Shown here: piece after piece, positions 46,456 through 57,432 of the stretch
Layout of the letters: each line of letters begins with the position of its first letter
Numbering within the stretch: the stretch's first letter is position 1
From: an uncultured archaeon
Lineage (GTDB): Archaea; Altiarchaeota; Altiarchaeia; IMC4; SCGC-AAA252-I15
Assembly: GCA_902384455.1 (NCBI GenBank)
Contig: CABMCB010000092.1
Span: forward strand, 316 to 64,315
DNA length: 64,000 nt
Reading direction: 5' to 3'
Position numbers and translations under genes: made by a program
Notes under the pieces: model-generated
The model's database searches: none
What the model saw: the letters and a program-made list of their open reading frames with translations, nothing else
What the model was told of the DNA's origin: nothing

Positions 46456-47553
46456 TTAGAACAGGTCGAGGAAGAAGCCGGGCGCGTTTGATAATGCGGT
46501 GAACGTCAGGTGCGGGTCCTTTATCAGGCTGCTTATTGTTTTTGACGCAAGGTCCATGTCCCCTTTTTCCTCCAGGTTCGTTGCGTGTTCCGACAGTATC
46601 CGTATTAGGCGGTCCATGTTTTTTGGCGGCAGCCTTCCCATTAAGCGGTGGACTGTCAGATGCAGCCGGAGTTCTTTTTCTATGTCGGCCCTCCACGCTT
46701 TGTCGTATTGCGGGTCGTTTGCGTGAGTGGCCGCTTGGCATCCCATTATTACTCCTCCTCCTGTTGTCGCCTTGACTTGCCCTGCGCAGTCGCCGACCAT
46801 TATGAAGCGCCCTTTTTGCGTGGGAAGCCTATGTTCGAATATGGGTATTGCGCCCCAAGTTTTTTCAGCTATTGAGCCGGCCTTTACTCGGCCTTCCCGC
46901 TTCAGTCGGCTTATGAACGCTTCCAAGTGGGGCGTGGGGTTTTGGTATGTTGCAGTGCCTATGCGCACGGTGCCGTCGCCTTTCGGTATTATCCACGAGA
47001 AGAATCTGGGGACTGTGAAATGTAGTTCCACCATGTCCAAGTCACATTCTATTTTCATTTCGTATTGAGCGCCGACAAGATGATTCTTTGGGACTCTAAA
47101 CCCCGCCTGAAGAGGCAGACGATAATTGGTTCCGGTGGCGAGGACTATTTTTTCGGCCGCTAGTTCCCCTGACGGGAGGGTCACTTTGGGGGTTACGTCG
47201 ATTGCGCGCTCGTTGATTAGCACTGCGCCAAAGTCGACCGCTTCATCCTGCATGCGCGCGTCTAATGTGCGTCGGTCATAAACGAAAGCCTTATACTTCT
47301 TGGGGCGTATTTCCGCCGTTTCCCCTCCCGGCGAAACGAGCTTCGCCCCCCGTATTCGATTGAGTACTATGTCGTCTGCTTTTACGCCTAAACGCCCCAT
47401 CCCGCTGACGCTTATGAGCCCGCTACATTGAACCGGCTGCGCATCCTTCTTATGTTCCTCAACGAGCACGACGGCGTTGCCCGCCTTCGCCATAAACTTC
47501 GCCGCCATAGAACCAGCAGGCCCGCCTCCGACTACGGCCGCGTCGTAGCGCAT
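46456..47553 (-). CDS. Geranylgeranyl reductase family FAD-dependent oxidoreductase (digeranylgeranylglycerophospholipid reductase-like)
   Basis: YDAAVVGGGPAGSMAA FAD-binding N-terminus, CSGLIS, and a C-terminal GDCAG motif. Confidence 0.8.
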   Translation of the reverse strand: MRYDAAVVGGGPAGSMAAKFMAKAGNAVVLVEEHKKDAQPVQCSGLISVSGMGRLGVKADDIVLNRIRGAKLVSPGGETAEIRPKKYKAFVYDRRTLDARMQDEAVDFGAVLINERAIDVTPKVTLPSGELAAEKIVLATGTNYRLPLQAGFRVPKNHLVGAQYEMKIECDLDMVELHFTVPRFFSWIIPKGDGTVRIGTATYQNPTPHLEAFISRLKREGRVKAGSIAEKTWGAIPIFEHRLPTQKGRFIMVGDCAGQVKATTGGGVIMGCQAATHANDPQYDKAWRADIEKELRLHLTVHRLMGRLPPKNMDRLIRILSEHATNLEEKGDMDLASKTISSLIKDPHLTFTALSNAPGFFLDLF

Positions 47554-47556
47554 AAT

Positions 47557-48276
47557 TCACGGACCTCTGCCGTCTTTCCGTCTTTTTAGCGCAGCTAGCA
47601 AATGGGGGGTGGCTATGAACGTCGGGTCCGGGCTTTTGGGGTCGCTTATTTCCAGGAGGTTTTTTGCGGCGAGAGCGTCGGCCCATTTGCGTATGAGGTC
47701 TTTGTCTGTGTCAAGGATTATGCCGACGTCTATGAATTTTATCCGCCCCAAACGCACGAGGAGTTCTATGAAGTCTTGCATTCCTTTCTTTTTGCGTGCT
47801 TCGGAGTGGGGGCTTAAATCCAAGAGGTCTTCGTCGAACAGTTTTTCTTCCTGACGTTTCTCCCAGTCTGAATTTATTCCGGGCGAGGATACTAGAAGGT
47901 CTTTTTCCGCCTGAAGGCGAGTCTCGTGCTCTGCAGTCAGGTTGTTTCTTAAGCCTTCGATTTCGGTTTTTGCTTCGTCCAGCTTCTTCTTAAGACCCTC
48001 AACCTCTTTTTCCAGGGACGCTATGGTCTCCTGCGCTTTAGGCAGCTCCCTTTGGCAGGCCAAATGCTCGGTGTGCTCTTTAAGCAGCTGCCGGCTTAAA
48101 GTCTCAACCTGTATGCTCTGTATTCTCTGAGGGTCAGAGCTCTGCTTGGTCGCCTCCTTGTAGATTTCATTGTAGGCACGCTGGGCGTTGGAGGCTTCCT
48201 CCTGGCTTTTGCCGAGCTCTTCCTTGAGGCGCTGGTTTTCCTCTTTTAGTTTGCGGACTTCTTCGTCACTCGCCAT
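47557..48276 (-). CDS. Coiled-coil protein with a C-terminal winged-helix-like domain
   Basis: The N-terminal 130 aa are heptad-rich (EE/KK/LK). The C-terminus reads DFIELLVRLGRIKFIDVGI... Confidence 0.4.
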   Translation of the reverse strand: MASDEEVRKLKEENQRLKEELGKSQEEASNAQRAYNEIYKEATKQSSDPQRIQSIQVETLSRQLLKEHTEHLACQRELPKAQETIASLEKEVEGLKKKLDEAKTEIEGLRNNLTAEHETRLQAEKDLLVSSPGINSDWEKRQEEKLFDEDLLDLSPHSEARKKKGMQDFIELLVRLGRIKFIDVGIILDTDKDLIRKWADALAAKNLLEISDPKSPDPTFIATPHLLAALKRRKDGRGP

Positions 48277-48312
48277 ATGTTGAAAGATTGGGGCTTGCGC
48301 TTAAATGGTGGA

Positions 48313-49395
48313 TTATTTCCTCAGGTCAATCAGGTCTTCGGAGTTTGGCCCTGTAGAAATGAGTGTTACCGGTACGCCGACTTTCTTCGCTATTGCGTCC
48401 ACGTGACTGCGCGCTTCCTTCGGCAAATCCGCGATTTGGGTTGCGCCCTGACTTTCAGGGAACAGCCGGTCTAAGCATGTGACCGCAATCTGTGTTGCGC
48501 CGTTCAATCTTGCGCTATACCTTGCCAGCTCGAAGTCGAAGTCGCCCATGCGGCGAGGCCTTCCTGTGACCGTGCCTTTTTCGCTGAAGAAAAATGCTAT
48601 CCGCTCTTTGAGCGCCCCTTCCTTGAATCCGGCTTTCTCTGCTTTAGCGAGTATCCCACTCCACATGGGGTTTTTCCTTATTTTTTCGTCGGTAAGCTCA
48701 GTTGCGAAAGGGCCTTCTCCCACGCGCGTCGTGTATGCCTTGTAGACTACTATTACATCTTTGACTTTTGTCGGCCCTATCCCCACGTCCGCTGCCGCCT
48801 GGCTTGCTGTCGTGTCTTTGCTTGTGACGTAGGGGTAGATTCCGTAGTAGAGTGAGAGACCGAACCCTTGACTTGCTTCAACGAGGACTTTCTTGTTCTT
48901 ATCCAGTGCGTCGTTTAGTTCAAGCGGAACGTCCGTCAGGTACGGGCTCAATTCTTTGACTGATTCCGCAAGACTTATGGTCCGCATTGCACGTTCAGCC
49001 GCGGCGGGCCCACATCCAGTCCCAGTAGAACCCACCTTCCCCTTAAGGTGCGGATTAGTCTTGTCGAGTTCACAGTGAGTCTGAGTGATTATGGCGCACC
49101 TTCGATCCACGCCGAACCTCTTTGCGACACCCGTCACCTCAATCTCCCTTAGCATGACTTCCGGGTTCACAAGCACTCCCGCACCAACAAGAAGCCGAGC
49201 CTTATCATAGACGAAACCGCACGGCAGCATCCTCAGCCCAAACTTCTTCCCGTCCTTATAGACGGTGTGGCCGGCGTTCGGACCTATCCCTGCGCGGGCA
49301 ATCACGTCCGGTTTGTCGTTTAAGGCCAAGTATGCGACTACTTTTCCTTTGCCTTCGTCTCCGTAGTGTCCGCCGGTTATTACTGTAGCTGGCAT
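48313..49395 (-). CDS. purA: Adenylosuccinate synthetase (short archaeal form)
   Basis: The [14 protein letters not shown]-loop, GIGPNAGH and TGTGCGPA motifs; 360 aa. Confidence 0.85.
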   Translation of the reverse strand: MPATVITGGHYGDEGKGKVVAYLALNDKPDVIARAGIGPNAGHTVYKDGKKFGLRMLPCGFVYDKARLLVGAGVLVNPEVMLREIEVTGVAKRFGVDRRCAIITQTHCELDKTNPHLKGKVGSTGTGCGPAAAERAMRTISLAESVKELSPYLTDVPLELNDALDKNKKVLVEASQGFGLSLYYGIYPYVTSKDTTASQAAADVGIGPTKVKDVIVVYKAYTTRVGEGPFATELTDEKIRKNPMWSGILAKAEKAGFKEGALKERIAFFFSEKGTVTGRPRRMGDFDFELARYSARLNGATQIAVTCLDRLFPESQGATQIADLPKEARSHVDAIAKKVGVPVTLISTGPNSEDLIDLRK

Positions 49396-49483
49396 GTTGG
49401 GTGTAGGTTGGAATAGACTTTTGATAGGGGGGTATTAAATGCTTTAGGATTTTATTCGGGTCGTTCGATAGTGTAGTATCAAC

Positions 49484-51529
49484 ATGCCAGTCGCTTCGCT
49501 TATGCAGATTAAGGGCGTCGGAAAGAAGATGGCCGACTCCCTGATTAAGGCTTACGGCAGCGAAGAAGCCGTTCTTTCCGCGCTGGCTTTAGGCGACGTC
49601 GACGGGCTGTCGGCGGTGCCGGGCGTTGGAGGCGGCCGCGCTTTGAGTCTTGTGCGGGCTTTTAGGGTGGGTGGCGGAGGTTGGCCTTTGAAGACTGAAG
49701 CGGCGAATGAGGTTTTTGAGCGTCTATTGGAGGTTATTAGGAGGTATCCTGTGACTGACGGTGGCCGCCGCAGCGTTAATGCGCTTGTTGTTTATTCGGA
49801 TTTGGATGGTGTTTCACGGGGTTTTTCGCGCGTTAAAGACAGCGTTTCTTTGCCTGAGGGTACTGTTGCGTCGGTTAGGGATGCTCTTTCGCGGGTTTGC
49901 GCCCTTAAGCCAGTCAAACGGCCTTTTTTTGACGATAGGGTTGTCGGGGCTTTTTCTGAATCTGCTTTTGAGCGTGCTCATTCTCTCTTGTCAAAGTACG
50001 TTTCTGTGGCGCTTTGGGACGGCCCGGATGATTTGAGGAGGCAGGAAGGTAAGAAGGTTTTTTTGGTGACTGACGGGCAAGAGGATGTTTCCGCGGGGGA
50101 CGATGTTACTGTTGTTTCGGGTGAGCAGCTTAACGTGCCGGACGTTGTGCCTGAGGCGGTTCTGCTGCCGTTCGTCCAAAACAAAGAGACTGTTGACGCC
50201 TTGAGGAAGGTGTCTGAGTGCGTGAGAAACGAACCTGCCTTATCCCGGTTCACTGCGGCATTTAACCTTGAGTTTCTTGCCGGCGTCTCACTTGACGAAT
50301 TCGACGAGGAAGGCCGCGTTAATGAGGGTGTTGTGCGTGAGGTTGATAAGGCGTTGAATGTTTCTTTGCGTTTGGTTGAGGCGGTTGAGCGGGAGACTAA
50401 GGCGATTAATGAGCGCGTGGGGCAGCGGCTAGAGGCGGAGAAAGTGACTGTTTCCGCTTCGGCCCTTTTGAACTTGGCGGCCGGAGGAAACATAGAGCAG
50501 GTGATGCCTGCTCTCGCTTCAATCGTCGAGGAGGAGATTGACGCCGCAGTAAGCCGGCTTAAGACTGAGTTTGACGGGCATGATTCTCTGATGGAGGCCG
50601 CAGAATGGTTCAACGAAACGTATCCTGTGAAGGCTAATTTGGAGGCTGCTGAAGCGGTCGCCGCGGCTTCTGCTGTTGAGGCGTCTGATGTTTGCTTTAG
50701 GAGGATTAGTTTTGCGGCGCGCAAGCTTGTTGGCAAGAGGAAGAGTGTTGATGAGGCGCTTGCCGCGACGTATGAGCTTGATTTGTTTGTGGCGCTGGGC
50801 GTTTTCGCCCGCGAAAACAATCTAACCGAACCCAAACCGGGAGAGGGTTTGGGTTTTGCTGGCGGACGAAACCTTTTCATCAAAGACGCCCGGCCAGTCA
50901 ACTACAGCTTAGGCTCAAAGTTAGGGCCGAATGAAAGGGTCGCCGTCCTTACCGGCGCAAACAGCGGCGGAAAAACAACGCTCCTCACGCTTCTCATGCA
51001 GGTTCAGCTTCTTGCCCAAATGGGGCTTTACGTCCCGGCAACTGAAGCGGAATTCAAATTGGTTGAGGAATTCTACTACATAACAAAACACAGGGGAACA
51101 ATGAACGCAGGCGCATTCGAAGAAAGCCTTAAGACGCTCGTGCCCCTTGCGTCGGCAGGAGTGCCCAGGATGGTGCTCGTAGACGAACTGGAGGCAGTCA
51201 CAGAACCAGGCGCAGCAGCAAGCGTCCTATCAGTGCTCCTCCACCTCCTTGCCGAATCAGGCTCACACGCAGTATTCGTCACACACCTCTCACAGGAAAT
51301 AGCAACAAGACTGCCAGCAGGAGTAAGAATAGACGGCATAGAAGCAGAAGGCCTCGACGAAAACCTCAACCTAATAGTAGACCGCCAACCCAAATACGGA
51401 GTAGTCGGAAGAAGCACGCCCGAACTAATAGTACGCCGACTATTCCACACCGCAGACGGACAAGAAAAAGAAGCCTACAGCCTCATACTGGAGACTATGA
51501 AAAAAGACGCGGCCGAAGCCAAAAAATAG
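49484..51529 (+). CDS. MutS2-family protein with N-terminal HhH motifs (archaeal MutS-like ATPase)
   Basis: N-terminal HhH motifs (IKGVGKKMADSL; VPGVGGGRAL) and a C-terminal MutS domain V (GANSGGKTTLL Walker A, VLVDELE Walker B). Confidence 0.7.
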   Translation: MPVASLMQIKGVGKKMADSLIKAYGSEEAVLSALALGDVDGLSAVPGVGGGRALSLVRAFRVGGGGWPLKTEAANEVFERLLEVIRRYPVTDGGRRSVNALVVYSDLDGVSRGFSRVKDSVSLPEGTVASVRDALSRVCALKPVKRPFFDDRVVGAFSESAFERAHSLLSKYVSVALWDGPDDLRRQEGKKVFLVTDGQEDVSAGDDVTVVSGEQLNVPDVVPEAVLLPFVQNKETVDALRKVSECVRNEPALSRFTAAFNLEFLAGVSLDEFDEEGRVNEGVVREVDKALNVSLRLVEAVERETKAINERVGQRLEAEKVTVSASALLNLAAGGNIEQVMPALASIVEEEIDAAVSRLKTEFDGHDSLMEAAEWFNETYPVKANLEAAEAVAAASAVEASDVCFRRISFAARKLVGKRKSVDEALAATYELDLFVALGVFARENNLTEPKPGEGLGFAGGRNLFIKDARPVNYSLGSKLGPNERVAVLTGANSGGKTTLLTLLMQVQLLAQMGLYVPATEAEFKLVEEFYYITKHRGTMNAGAFEESLKTLVPLASAGVPRMVLVDELEAVTEPGAAASVLSVLLHLLAESGSHAVFVTHLSQEIATRLPAGVRIDGIEAEGLDENLNLIVDRQPKYGVVGRSTPELIVRRLFHTADGQEKEAYSLILETMKKDAAEAKK

Positions 51530-51608
51530 GTATACGCGTCCCGGCCCTCTGGCGCAAGTCATTATTTAAACGGCCTTTTCCTTCCTTGATTACTGCGGGG
51601 AATAAGAT

Positions 51609-51857
51609 ATGGAAATATTCAACGTTGAAGTGCGGGTGATGCTTAAGAAAGGTATGACTGACGCGGAAGGAGACACCGTCCAGAAGTCGCTCGCACTACT
51701 TGGGTTCAAAGTCCAGAAAGTCGACACAATAAAGACGTACGTCTTGCATGTGGAGGCCGCTTCCAAGGAGGCGGCTGTCGCGGAGGTTAGGAGGGCTTGC
51801 GAGAAGCTTATTGCTAATCCGGTGATACACGATTTCAAGGTTACTGTTCTTTCATGA
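51609..51857 (+). CDS. purS: Phosphoribosylformylglycinamidine synthase subunit PurS
   Basis: 82 aa of the PurS family (VRVMLKKGMTDAEGDTV). It overlaps the purL start by 4 nt. Confidence 0.8.
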   Translation: MEIFNVEVRVMLKKGMTDAEGDTVQKSLALLGFKVQKVDTIKTYVLHVEAASKEAAVAEVRRACEKLIANPVIHDFKVTVLS

Positions 51858-54160
51858 AGCAACTTTACAGACCGTATTCGGATGGCGTCGTGGAAATCGA
51901 TTTGGTTGGCGCAGACGACGCGACTCTTGAGCGCATCTCCAAGGAGAGGGTGCTTGGGTTGAGTTTGAGCGAGATGAAGCTTGTTCAGGCGCACTTCAAG
52001 AAGGAAGGCAGGAATCCGCGCGACATAGAGCTTGAGGCTTTTGCGCAATCGTGGAGCGAACACTGCTGTTACAAAAGCAGCAGACCAGTGCTTAAGCGCA
52101 CGGTCTTTGGCATAGAAGCGCCACAAAACATAAACGTAATCTCTGAAGACGCAGGCGTCGTAGACTTCGACAAAGACCACGCTTACGTCGTAGGATTCGA
52201 AAGCCACAACCACCCAAGCGCACTCGACCCCTACGGAGGCTCATCCACAGGAGTAGGCGGAATACTAAGAGACGTAGTCTGCATGGGCGGACAACCAATC
52301 GCGCTCACAGACCCACTGTTTTTCGGGCCCCTAAACATCAAAGACAAGGAAGTGCCGGAAGGAACAAAACACCCCAGATACCTGTTTGGGGGAGTCGTTT
52401 CGGGAATAGCAGACTACGGAAACCGCGTGGGCATTCCAACAGTATCCGGGCAAGTCACATTCCACAAAGGATACGTCACCAACTGCTTAGTCAACGCAGG
52501 ATGCGTGGGGATAATAAGAAAAAGCAACGTCATACATAGCCGCGTAGGAGCAGTAGGCGACATCTACATTATGGCCGGGGGCAGGACAGGCCGAGACGGA
52601 ATCCATGGAGTAAGCTTCGCTTCGGCGCAGCTGGATGAGAAGAGCGACGAAGAAAGCCGGCCTGCCGTGCAGTTGGGTTACGCTAATGTTAAGGAGCCTT
52701 TGATTCACGCGTGCCTTGAGGCAAACGAGCGGGGGCTTCTGACCGGCATGAAAGACTTCGGAGGAGGCGGTTTGTCTTGCGTTTCCGCCGAGATGGCGCA
52801 TTCCGCAAAGTTGGGCGGAGTGATAGACCTTGACAAGGTGCCTTTGAAGGAGGAGGGGCTTAGTCCCTGGGAAATCTGGGTTTCAGAAAGCCAGGAGCGG
52901 ATGATGGTCACAGTCAAGCCGGAGAATGTGGAGAAGGTTCTTGAGGTGTTCAGGTTCTGGGACGTCGAGGCGACTGTCGTAGGATCAGTTGAAAAGTCGA
53001 ATAGAATCCGCGCAATGCACAAAGGAAAAGAAGTCCTCAACCTAGACCTTGAGTTCCTCATCGCAGGAGTGTCATACAACAGGCCAGCAGTTTACTTGGA
53101 ACGCGACGAAAGCGACCCCACGTACAAGACGCCTAACCTTTCCGAAATCGCAAAGAAGCTTCTTGCCAACCCAAACATAGCAAGCAAAGAAGGAGTCATA
53201 CGCCGCTACGACCACGAAGTACGCGGCTCCACAATAATAAAACCCATGCAAGGAGCAATCAACCACTCGACACACGGCGACGCAGCAGTGCTCAAACCGC
53301 TCAAAGACAGCAACCGCGGACTCGCAATAGCCACGTCAGTAAACCCCTACTATTGCGAAATAAACCCCTACTGGGGAGCGGCCTCCGCTGTCGACGAAGC
53401 AGTAAGAAACCTCGTCGCAGTAGGCGCCGCACCGCACAGCCTAGCAGACTGCCTAAACTTCGGCAACCCAGAAAAAACAGACCGCATGGCAGACTTCATC
53501 AAGGCGTGCGAAGGGCTTAGGTACGCTGCGGTAGCATACAAGGTGCCTTACGTTTCGGGGAACGTCAGCTTGTACAACGAGGGGACTACAGGCGCAATAC
53601 CGCCGACACCCTCAATACTTGCCGTTGGAATAATAGAGGACGTACGTAAAGCGGTGACAAGCGACCTCAAGAAAGCAGGCAACATACTCTACCTAGTCGG
53701 AAACACCCGCAAAGAAATGGGAGGAAGCCAATACTACCAGGAACTCGGCCTCACCGGAGGACAGGTTCCCATAGTCGTCCCAGAAGAGACTAAACAGGGA
53801 ATGGACGGCCTTCTTTCCGCAATGAAAAAAAGCCTTGTCGCAAGCTGCCACGACCTATCCGACGGCGGACTGTTTGTTGCCGCATGCGAGATGGCATTCG
53901 GCGGAAAACTAGGCGTCAAAATAAACCTCGACGCCGCAGCCGAAAACCTTCCCGCAGACGTAACTCTCTTCTCAGAAAGCAACGGCCGATGGCTCACAGA
54001 AGTCCCCGCAGGCAAGACAACAGAATTCGAGAAAACAGTGAAGGCCCGGCGAATCGGCGTCGTGTCTGAGTCCCGGATTGTTTTTGAGTCGCAAGGCAAG
54101 AAGGTTCTTGATGAGGACGCTGAAGCGCTTTACGGAATCTGGTCTAACGCCTTAAGGTAA
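51854..54160 (+). CDS. purL: Phosphoribosylformylglycinamidine synthase II
   Basis: 768 aa AIR-synthase-related tandem domains (EAFAQSWSEHCCYKSS; GGILRDVVCMGGQPIAL). Confidence 0.85.
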   Translation: MKQLYRPYSDGVVEIDLVGADDATLERISKERVLGLSLSEMKLVQAHFKKEGRNPRDIELEAFAQSWSEHCCYKSSRPVLKRTVFGIEAPQNINVISEDAGVVDFDKDHAYVVGFESHNHPSALDPYGGSSTGVGGILRDVVCMGGQPIALTDPLFFGPLNIKDKEVPEGTKHPRYLFGGVVSGIADYGNRVGIPTVSGQVTFHKGYVTNCLVNAGCVGIIRKSNVIHSRVGAVGDIYIMAGGRTGRDGIHGVSFASAQLDEKSDEESRPAVQLGYANVKEPLIHACLEANERGLLTGMKDFGGGGLSCVSAEMAHSAKLGGVIDLDKVPLKEEGLSPWEIWVSESQERMMVTVKPENVEKVLEVFRFWDVEATVVGSVEKSNRIRAMHKGKEVLNLDLEFLIAGVSYNRPAVYLERDESDPTYKTPNLSEIAKKLLANPNIASKEGVIRRYDHEVRGSTIIKPMQGAINHSTHGDAAVLKPLKDSNRGLAIATSVNPYYCEINPYWGAASAVDEAVRNLVAVGAAPHSLADCLNFGNPEKTDRMADFIKACEGLRYAAVAYKVPYVSGNVSLYNEGTTGAIPPTPSILAVGIIEDVRKAVTSDLKKAGNILYLVGNTRKEMGGSQYYQELGLTGGQVPIVVPEETKQGMDGLLSAMKKSLVASCHDLSDGGLFVAACEMAFGGKLGVKINLDAAAENLPADVTLFSESNGRWLTEVPAGKTTEFEKTVKARRIGVVSESRIVFESQGKKVLDEDAEALYGIWSNALR

Positions 54161-54167
54161 GATTATT

Positions 54168-54497
54168 ATGCCGCTTAAACGCCTGAAGGAGAAGACTACG
54201 ACTGAGAACCTTTGGCTCTACATCTTAGCTTTGCTCATAAAGAAGCCGGTTTACGCCTATGAGATACGCGACAGAATCAGCGAGGAATTCGGGTTCGACA
54301 TAGGCAACGTCACCGCCTACATAGTCCTCTACCGCCTGGAAAAAGACGGTTACGTCACGACCGAATGGAAGAGTGGAGTGCACGAGAGAAAGTACTACCG
54401 CATAACCCCAAAAGGCAGGGAAGCATTAGACGACGGCATAAACCACCTTAAGGAACTCGTCAAAATGCTTTCTCCTAAAAAAACAATCCGACAATAG
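54168..54497 (+). CDS. PadR-family transcriptional regulator
   Basis: YAYEI...YIVLYRLEKDGYVTTEW winged-helix motif, 109 aa. Confidence 0.7.
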   Translation: MPLKRLKEKTTTENLWLYILALLIKKPVYAYEIRDRISEEFGFDIGNVTAYIVLYRLEKDGYVTTEWKSGVHERKYYRITPKGREALDDGINHLKELVKMLSPKKTIRQ

Positions 54498-54684
54498 ACG
54501 CAGAAACCGTCTTCACAGCCGTGCTTGCGGGTGTTGCGAATTCATAGTGGTAACCGAAAAGCCACCACAACACCAGGACAATCAGGATTAAGAGAATCGC
54601 ACCAAACAGTATCGTAAGCTCAATAACAGGTATCCTTATTTCGTGGTCCACTTATCTTAATTACGCGCGCTCATCATAAAAAAC

Positions 54685-55557
54685 ATGGAAAGCGGGCTTT
54701 CACACACGGTTCTCGCACGATACCCCTTCCTAACGGAAGCCAAAGCTTACGTCGCCGGATTAGGCCTCACTCTGGACGAGATAGTGAAGCACCCGGTATA
54801 CAGCATTGCGGTCGAAAAAGCGGGGCAGCGCCTTGAAGGATGCGTCAAGGGGGGGTACGTGCCGGCAACAGACTCCGACGTCGACCGCGACATAGCGCTC
54901 CTGTCTTATCCGCTTGCGAGAGTCGCCGCAAACCTGTCTGGAAGCCCGTGGGTTATTGAAAAATACGCCGCCGGAGAAGCGGAAACAACGCTGCACTACC
55001 TCACCGAAGACGACAACAAAAACCCCAGAACCGTTGACGCCATAGCGGCAGAAATGGGGCTCGAATTCAATGCGGGAAAAATACACATCCTGACGTACCT
55101 AAAATCCACGGCAACGCTTGCCAGGTCAGACCCAAACTGGAAGCTCGCCAACCGGCAGGTGAACAACGGATTCGTCGAAATAACCCGCCAGGAATTCAGG
55201 AAGATGATTGCGGAAGAAGTCCGCAAAAAAATAATGGAGCCGACTCCAATCGCCGACGCCCCACCGCAACTGAAGAGAATAGGGGAAGCAGCCAAACTAC
55301 TCAACGCGCAAATGCAGCCGCGAAGAACAGGCGGCAAAGTCACCCTCGACAGCCTACCAAAAAAATACAAGCACCTCGCCGCAGGAGTCGGCGAAGGCCA
55401 GCGCGACAACGCGCTCACGTCCCTTATCGGAGTCCTTAAGGCAGTGGGACTCACCAAAGAAGAGGCACTTAAGGAAGCGACGGAATTCTGCAGAAGATGC
55501 ACCCCGCCCATCGAAGAAAAAATAGCTCAAGAAAAAATCAACCGACTGATGAAGTAA
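54685..55557 (+). CDS. Hypothetical protein (helical; primase large-subunit N-domain-like?)
   Basis: 290 aa ORF without the Fe-S Cys cluster. The assignment is not supported beyond weak N-terminal resemblance. Confidence 0.35.
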   Translation: MESGLSHTVLARYPFLTEAKAYVAGLGLTLDEIVKHPVYSIAVEKAGQRLEGCVKGGYVPATDSDVDRDIALLSYPLARVAANLSGSPWVIEKYAAGEAETTLHYLTEDDNKNPRTVDAIAAEMGLEFNAGKIHILTYLKSTATLARSDPNWKLANRQVNNGFVEITRQEFRKMIAEEVRKKIMEPTPIADAPPQLKRIGEAAKLLNAQMQPRRTGGKVTLDSLPKKYKHLAAGVGEGQRDNALTSLIGVLKAVGLTKEEALKEATEFCRRCTPPIEEKIAQEKINRLMK

Positions 55558-55560
55558 ACA

Positions 55561-56091
55561 ATGAAAGAAAACGCAACCAAACAAACAAAGAGAACCAACG
55601 TCATAATCGTGGCCGCAACAGTAATCGCCGCCGTAGGCTACTTTGTGGCGTATTTTACCCCGGAACTGGGCGCGTGGAATGCAGGCGCATTAGGCCTGTC
55701 AGTGCTTGCCATAGCGTACTTCACCAGCGCCCTTGCCTTTACCGCTTCAGTACTGTTTTCCGTCATCGCCTTTTTCACGGCCATGCCCGTAATCGGATAC
55801 GTTTATGTCGCAGTAATTTACACCGTATCTAAGACTATACAGTGGATTCTGCGTTTCATATTCAACCAGGTGCTGTACAGAATTCCGCTGTACAGAAGCG
55901 TTGAAAAGAAATTCAAAGCAAACTCCATAGTCCTCGGAACATACGACGCAGTAAACAAAATTATGGTTAAGGCCGGACTGAAGGAGTACCTGACTCTGTC
56001 AGTGCTTGAGATGAGGATGTGCCCGTTTTGCGGCGAAGACACCCCTGCCGGCGGAAACTACTGCTTCGCATGCGGAAACAAACTCAAGTAA
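55561..56091 (+). CDS. Membrane protein with a C-terminal zinc-ribbon
   Basis: 3-4 TM helices plus CPFCGEDTPAGGNYCFACGNKLK. Confidence 0.45.
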   Translation: MKENATKQTKRTNVIIVAATVIAAVGYFVAYFTPELGAWNAGALGLSVLAIAYFTSALAFTASVLFSVIAFFTAMPVIGYVYVAVIYTVSKTIQWILRFIFNQVLYRIPLYRSVEKKFKANSIVLGTYDAVNKIMVKAGLKEYLTLSVLEMRMCPFCGEDTPAGGNYCFACGNKLK

Positions 56092-56120
56092 AGCCGAGTA
56101 AACGTCTTGCGGGCTTAGGT

Positions 56121-57395
56121 TTATTTTCCCTTCCAATACGCAAGCGCCTGCGCCAGTTCCTTATGCGATTTGGAGTAGGACTCAAGAGACTGCCGCTTAA
56201 TGCAGGCGTCCACCGCCTGGCGCATCGCTGTTGCTCCTGCCTTAGTTCCTTTGGGGTGGCCGTGTATTCCTCCTCCGGCTTGCACTACGAAGTCGTTTCC
56301 GAATAACTTCATTAGTTGGGGGACTCCGCTCGGGTCTAGTCCGCCGCTTGCGACAGGCATGACCGGCTTGATTGAGCCCCATTCCTGAGGCAGAAACACC
56401 GGGCCTTTTTTGACTTCTTTCTCTCGGACTTCGTTGATGATTGCTTTGGTTTCTGCTGGTCCGCCTTCCATTTTGCCTACTTCGCCGGTGCCTACGTGCA
56501 GGGTGTCGACTCCTATTAGACGGTATATTTTGGCGAGCGCGAGCATCGTCATTCCGTGGCGGGGGTTGCGAGTTATCATTCCGTGCATTGCGCGGTGGGC
56601 GTGTAGCGGCAGCCCCAAATCGGCCTCCCTGAGGGATTGGACTGCTGCGAATCCTGCGGTCAATACGTCTATCATAAGGTAGTTTGCTCCCAGCTTCTTG
56701 GCGAGCTTTGCGCGCCTGATCATCTCGCCGGTTTCTGCCGTCACGTTGATTAGGTACGCCTTCTTTTCCCCCGTCTTTTTCTCGGCTTTCTTCATGAGCG
56801 CAAGCGTTGCTTTGGCGCGCTTCTCAAACGGGTTGAAAGACTGGCTCGTAAGATTCTCGTCGTCCTTCACCACGTCGCAGCCGCCAACCCAGGCGTCATA
56901 CGCGACCTTAGCGTGCTTCTGGTAAGGCAACCCCAGCTTCGGCTTTATAATCGTGCCCACAAAAGGGCGCTTCTCTATGCCGAATCTTTTTCTGAGACCG
57001 TCAATCCCGTACTCCGGCCCGCGATGCGCCTTAAGGAGCGCCGGCGGAAACTGTATGTCCAAAAGCCGAAGGTTCTCCACTGCTTTCATCCCGAATATGT
57101 TTCCTGCGATGCTCGACATTATTCCAGGGACGTTCTCGAACTCGAAAAGTTCCGGCGGATAAGCGACAGCAAAAACACCCTTCTTTTTGTCTATCTTGCA
57201 TATGTGAGGCGCAAGTCCACCGATAGAATCCTTGCTTGTGACTACGTCGGTCCACGTGCCCACGCTGCTTTCGCCAGCGACGTGCTCCGCAGTCCACTCA
57301 AGGGTTTTCCCTCTGGGAGATTCAGCGTAAAACAAGCAGACGACTTCCTTCCTTTTTGGAGTATAATCCGTGTTGACGAAACCCACGTAGGCCAT
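56121..57395 (-). CDS. rbcL: Ribulose-1,5-bisphosphate carboxylase large subunit, form III (archaeal)
   Basis: 424 aa with the GGCDVVKDDENL, GGLDPSG and GGGIHGHP motifs characteristic of form II/III RuBisCO. Confidence 0.85.
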   Translation of the reverse strand: MAYVGFVNTDYTPKRKEVVCLFYAESPRGKTLEWTAEHVAGESSVGTWTDVVTSKDSIGGLAPHICKIDKKKGVFAVAYPPELFEFENVPGIMSSIAGNIFGMKAVENLRLLDIQFPPALLKAHRGPEYGIDGLRKRFGIEKRPFVGTIIKPKLGLPYQKHAKVAYDAWVGGCDVVKDDENLTSQSFNPFEKRAKATLALMKKAEKKTGEKKAYLINVTAETGEMIRRAKLAKKLGANYLMIDVLTAGFAAVQSLREADLGLPLHAHRAMHGMITRNPRHGMTMLALAKIYRLIGVDTLHVGTGEVGKMEGGPAETKAIINEVREKEVKKGPVFLPQEWGSIKPVMPVASGGLDPSGVPQLMKLFGNDFVVQAGGGIHGHPKGTKAGATAMRQAVDACIKRQSLESYSKSHKELAQALAYWKGK

Positions 57396-57432
57396 GATAG
57401 AGAATCGTATGCCGGATTAATTAGCTGAGGAT

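Noticed and set aside
54500-54660. A possible ~57 aa minus-strand single-TM ORF (GTG start) between padR and the downstream gene
   Set aside because: It is too short, starts with GTG and has no support beyond hydrophobicity. It is probably just a promoter or intergenic region.
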